Positions 60,318-64,000 of a DNA stretch of 64,000 nt are shown one piece after another (the first letter of the stretch is position 1; every line of letters starts with the position of its first letter). Both the position numbers and the translations under genes were made by a program. Source of the DNA: Sphingopyxis sp. (GTDB taxonomy: Bacteria; Pseudomonadota; Alphaproteobacteria; Sphingomonadales; Sphingomonadaceae); assembly GCA_041939405.1 (NCBI GenBank), contig JBGTUD010000003.1, forward strand, positions 4,657-68,656, in the 5' to 3' direction. Below the pieces are notes generated by a model. The model was not told the DNA's origin. It did not search any database and saw nothing but the letters and a program-made list of their open reading frames with translations.

Positions 60318-61070
60318 ATGTCACTCGATAGTCCGATGAGTACCGCAGATTTGCCGCGGTCAAGCGTCGAGCGTTTCGGCGATTCGGTACTCGGCGCGCT
60401 TCACCATCCGAAAGCTGCACCGGCCGCGATCGACATGGGCCTTTGGGATCGCGACGAGGCGGAAGATGCGATCATTCGCCTGTTCGATTTTCTGGTGAGC
60501 CTGTCGGCGATCCTGCTCTTCCTCCCACTCCTCGTCGTCATCTTCGTCATCATAAAAGCGACCGACGCGGGCCCCGCGCTGTTCGTGCAGCAACGCATCG
60601 GCAAGGATGGCAAAAGCTTTCCCTGCATGAAATTCCGCTCGATGGCGGTCGACGCCGAACAACGGCTGGCGACTTTGCTCGCGACCGACGATGATGCGGC
60701 GCGCGAATGGGCCGCGGACCAAAAGCTGCGTAACGACCCGCGGATCACCGCGATCGGCGGCTTTCTCCGCAAGACCAGCCTCGACGAACTTCCGCAGCTC
60801 TTCAACATTCTGGCTGGTCAGATGAGCGTCGTCGGTCCGCGACCGATCGTTGCTGGCGAGGTCCCGCGCTATGGACGCAGCTTCGAATATTATTGCGCCG
60901 TACGGCCGGGTTTGACCGGGCTTTGGCAGATCAGCGGCCGCAACGACACCACCTATGACGAACGGGTCGCCCTCGACGTGCGCTACGTCCAGACGCGAAA
61001 CCTCCATTCGAATATCGAGATTTGCGCCAGGACGATCCCCGCGATCCTCGGCGCGCGCGGCTGCTATTAA
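60318..61070 (+). CDS. Priming undecaprenyl-phosphate sugar transferase (ExoY/WcaJ C-terminal type)
   Basis: KFRSM, DPRIT, RKTSLDELPQL, MSVVGPRP, PGLTGLWQISGR. Confidence 0.93.
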   Translation: MSLDSPMSTADLPRSSVERFGDSVLGALHHPKAAPAAIDMGLWDRDEAEDAIIRLFDFLVSLSAILLFLPLLVVIFVIIKATDAGPALFVQQRIGKDGKSFPCMKFRSMAVDAEQRLATLLATDDDAAREWAADQKLRNDPRITAIGGFLRKTSLDELPQLFNILAGQMSVVGPRPIVAGEVPRYGRSFEYYCAVRPGLTGLWQISGRNDTTYDERVALDVRYVQTRNLHSNIEICARTIPAILGARGCY

Positions 61071-61161
61071 GTCTGCCGCCCGCCGGTGGGGATCGTGCCT
61101 ACGAAGGCGGCGACCGGCTATCCCGTCCGGTTGCCGCCTTCGACTAACCTAGGGTCAGGCT

Positions 61162-61578
61162 TCAACGCCTGATCGATATGCGCACGTTGCGGGCGTCGAC
61201 CCCGGCGAGAGCCGCAATCACCAATTGCGCCGCGTACACGATGAGGCTCAACCGATGAGCGTTTCCGGCTCCCGCGGGCACGCCGAGCGTGCGCCATGCA
61301 GAAAGGCCCATCGCATCCATTTCACGCCACACAGGGTCGCCATGCTCGCTGCCGGTCAATTCCTGCGTCGAGATTCCGAGCACCTGAGCGAGCGTTTCGA
61401 GATTGCTCTGGCGGGGTATGCTCTTACCCGATTCCCACGCCCATATCGTTGGCCGGCTTAAGCCCGTTCGATCGGCCAATTCGGCCCGGCTGAGACCGCT
61501 CTGCTCGCGAAAGCGGCGCATACGCGCCGAAAGCGGCTCCGACGCATTCAGGACGGTCGAATCCGCCGCCCCGCTCAT
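61162..61578 (-). CDS. XRE family HTH transcriptional regulator
   Basis: RRFREQSGLSRAELADRTGLSRPTIWAWESGKSIP. Confidence 0.85.
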   Translation of the reverse strand: MSGAADSTVLNASEPLSARMRRFREQSGLSRAELADRTGLSRPTIWAWESGKSIPRQSNLETLAQVLGISTQELTGSEHGDPVWREMDAMGLSAWRTLGVPAGAGNAHRLSLIVYAAQLVIAALAGVDARNVRISIRR

Positions 61579-61861
61579 ATGCCGGAAGCTCCGGTGAGAA
61601 TCGCTGGCTGCCGGGCAGCCCCGTCACAATAGACCACGATACGCGCTAGGCACGCTGCGGTTCGAGATAATATCCCGGTCCCACGGGCAACAAAGACATT
61701 CATTTGTCGCACCCCTCAGCAGGCGACATTCTCTCCCGTCTTTGTATTTGATTCCATTCATGCCTCCTATTGTTCGCTATTGCAACATATCTGACATGGG
61801 GGCCCGCCCCTTTTCCGGGAAAAAATTGCGGAGTTTCACTTTCATCCCGCTACCGAAAAAA

Positions 61862-61906
61862 TTGTGCAGTTGCGAAAAGAGAAATTGCTGCACCTGCGAA
61901 ATGATG
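61862..61906. promoter_or_regulatory. Tandem TGTGCAGTTGCGAAA / TGCTGCACCTGCGAAATGATG boxes
   Basis: Upstream of the acyltransferase. The second box is identical to 51197-51217. Confidence 0.65.
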
Positions 61907-61994
61907 GCAGCTTTGCGGGGTCACGACTCGATGGAGTTATGGACCATGGAACCTCTCGCGCGGATCGCGCATCTACCGCTGGCGGATAGCTCCG

Positions 61995-63098
61995 ATGTCC
62001 GATAGCCGGCCGGCGTCAAGGCGACATTATGTCTTCCTCGACGGTCTCCGCGGCGTGGCGGCTATCATGGTCCTGCTTCTCCACTGGTTCGAGGGCCATG
62101 GGCGTGATTGGTTCGGATCCGGCCTGCTGGCCGTCGATTTCTTCTTCATCCTCAGCGGCTTCGTCGTAGCATTCGCCTATGAACAGCGGCTCCTCCGCGA
62201 AGGCAAATCGGCGCGCTTCGTCCGCCAGCGCTTCATCCGGCTCTATCCGCTGATCGCAGCCGGCGTTCTGCTCGGTTTTGTCCGCTTCGCGATGCTCGCC
62301 TTCCAGGAAGGCGCCTCCCCCTTCAATGCATCGCTCTTGGCGCAGTTGGCGCAGGGGCTTGCGATGATTCCGTTTGATTGGAGCGGAGGCGTCTCCGACT
62401 TTTTTCCGCTCAACAACGCGCTCTGGTCGCTCCATTTCGAGTTCATCGCCTATCTGGCCTTTTGGATGATTCTCTACCGGATGAGCACCGCCGGCCTGGC
62501 CGTGATTGCCGCCGTCGCAGCCGCCGGATGCTATGCCTGGGCGGCAATGACCTTCGGCAACGCAGACCCGGGCGATGGCACCACCGGTTACATTCACGCG
62601 TTCAGCCGCGTCGCCTTTTCCTTCACGCTGGGCATGATCGTCTATCGGCTACGGGACCGGATCGCGAAGGCCGCGCTGCCCGGCGGAAGATGGCTCGCGC
62701 TCGTCCTGGTCGCAGCGCTGATCCTGCCCCGAACACTGCTGCCACCGCTGGCCGTCATGGCCCTGCTCGCCCTGGTTTTTCCCTACATCATCGCGGCAGG
62801 GACCAAGGTGGAAACAGGATCGCGCGCCGGCTTTGAAAAGCTACTCGGCGACCTGTCATACCCGCTCTATGCGCTCCATGTCCCGCTGATCTGGACCATG
62901 AGCGGCGCCTGCAAGGCGCTCGGCATCGGATTTGCTGCCGATCCGTTGCTCAACGGGATATTCATTTTACCCGCGACGCTCATCATCTCCTACGCCGCCT
63001 TCATTCTTTACGACAGGCCGCTCCGCCGTTGGCTCACCGCGCATTTTGCGCGCGCGCGCAAGCCGATCCCTCCGGTCGCAGGCGAAGCGGTATTTTGA
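61995..63098 (+). CDS. Acyltransferase family 3 (polysaccharide O-acyltransferase)
   Basis: [46 protein letters not shown]. Confidence 0.92.
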   Translation: MSDSRPASRRHYVFLDGLRGVAAIMVLLLHWFEGHGRDWFGSGLLAVDFFFILSGFVVAFAYEQRLLREGKSARFVRQRFIRLYPLIAAGVLLGFVRFAMLAFQEGASPFNASLLAQLAQGLAMIPFDWSGGVSDFFPLNNALWSLHFEFIAYLAFWMILYRMSTAGLAVIAAVAAAGCYAWAAMTFGNADPGDGTTGYIHAFSRVAFSFTLGMIVYRLRDRIAKAALPGGRWLALVLVAALILPRTLLPPLAVMALLALVFPYIIAAGTKVETGSRAGFEKLLGDLSYPLYALHVPLIWTMSGACKALGIGFAADPLLNGIFILPATLIISYAAFILYDRPLRRWLTAHFARARKPIPPVAGEAVF

Positions 63099-64000
63099 CC
63101 CGCGCGCGAAGAAAATCCCTATCGCAATATCTGGTCGAGGCCGAAAGATCCGGCCATATCCCTGCCGATCTGGGCCTGTTGATCGAGTTGGTCGGACGCG
63201 CGTGTAAGTCGATCAGCCATCGGATCAGCCAAGGGGCACTCGGCGACGCTCTCGGCACCCTCGCGACCGAAAATATACAGGGCGAAGTCCAGAAAAAAAT
63301 GGACGTCATCGCGAACGAGATTTTTCTGGAAGCCAATGAATGGGGCGGACAAGTTGCCGCGCTCGCTTCGGAGGAGATGGAAACGATCCATCCGGTTCCG
63401 AACCACTATCCAAAGGGTGATTATCTTCTCGTTTTCGATCCAATCGATGGATCATCGAATATCGACGTCAATCTGTCTGTCGGAACAATCTTCTCGGTAC
63501 TGAAGGCACCCGAGCACCTTGGCCGCGAAATAGAAGAAGCCGACTTTTTCCAATCGGGCCGTCGCCAAGTGGCCGCAGGCTACGCGATTTACGGACCGCA
63601 GACGATATTGGTCCTGACCTGCGGCCGGGGCGTCTCCGGCTTCACCCTCGATCGGGACATCGGTTCTTTCATCCTGACCGACGAGCAAATGGAAATACCC
63701 GACACGAACAGGGAATTTGCGATCAATGCATCGAACCGGCGCCACTGGCCCGACGCGATCCGGCAATATTTCGACGATTGCATTGCCGGTTCGGCCGGGC
63801 GACTTGCCCATGATTACAACATGCGATGGACGGCATCGATGGTAGCGGATGTGCACCGCATCCTCACTCGCGGCGGTGTCTTTCTGTATCCGGCAGACAG
63901 TCGCCCAGGCATGGCAAACGGAAAGCTGCGCCTGCTTTACGAAGGAGCCCCGATGGCATTTTTGATTGAGCAAGCGGGCGGGCTGGCTTGGAGCGATGGG
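63095..64000 (+). CDS. fbp: Class 1 fructose-1,6-bisphosphatase (3' end runs off the window)
   Basis: TTG start overlaps the upstream stop (TTGA). [57 protein letters not shown]. Not in the ORF track. Confidence 0.92.
   Translation, partial: MTRARRKSLSQYLVEAERSGHIPADLGLLIELVGRACKSISHRISQGALGDALGTLATENIQGEVQKKMDVIANEIFLEANEWGGQVAALASEEMETIHPVPNHYPKGDYLLVFDPIDGSSNIDVNLSVGTIFSVLKAPEHLGREIEEADFFQSGRRQVAAGYAIYGPQTILVLTCGRGVSGFTLDRDIGSFILTDEQMEIPDTNREFAINASNRRHWPDAIRQYFDDCIAGSAGRLAHDYNMRWTASMVADVHRILTRGGVFLYPADSRPGMANGKLRLLYEGAPMAFLIEQAGGLAWSDG

Noticed and set aside
1-64000. CRISPR arrays, tRNA/rRNA genes, IS elements, integrases
   Set aside because: No regularly spaced repeats, RNA-gene signatures or transposase/integrase ORFs were seen.

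Overview
GC-rich alphaproteobacterial DNA, sphingomonad-like judging from the TonB receptors and gene content. It has three blocks. (1) 1-29.8 kb is an acyl-CoA catabolic island: GST, SDRs, two CitE/malyl-CoA-lyase-like enzymes, a CaiB CoA-transferase, an aldehyde dehydrogenase, four acyl-CoA dehydrogenases, two TonB receptors, a MaoC pair, a GMC oxidoreductase, MmgE/PrpD, MFS, a TcuA-like flavoprotein and an APH-kinase/SDR/ACAD operon with TetR. Most promoters in 2.5-25 kb carry one palindrome, ATTRCA-N2-TGYAAT. (2) 29.9-33.5 kb is a TonB receptor plus a secreted protein behind a Pho-box-like array. (3) 33.5-64 kb is a Wzx/Wzy exopolysaccharide locus with a complete GDP-mannose and UDP-glucose supply. 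Nested inside it is a complete lasso-peptide cluster. Its 49-aa precursor (41285-41434, minus strand, missed by the ORF track) is MHTLPKSAYTKPELVEVGSFEEVTL|GGASGSNLDADFPSGTPFSDLTFS, followed by B1, B2, cyclase, HPr-type kinase and ABC exporter, and preceded by a nucleotidyltransferase and an EEP-family phosphoesterase. Lasso and EPS promoters share TGC-N3/4-GC boxes. This suggests a co-regulated phospho-(glyco)-lasso peptide/polysaccharide system, which is the most notable feature of the window. All calls come from motif recognition by eye; no searches were run.
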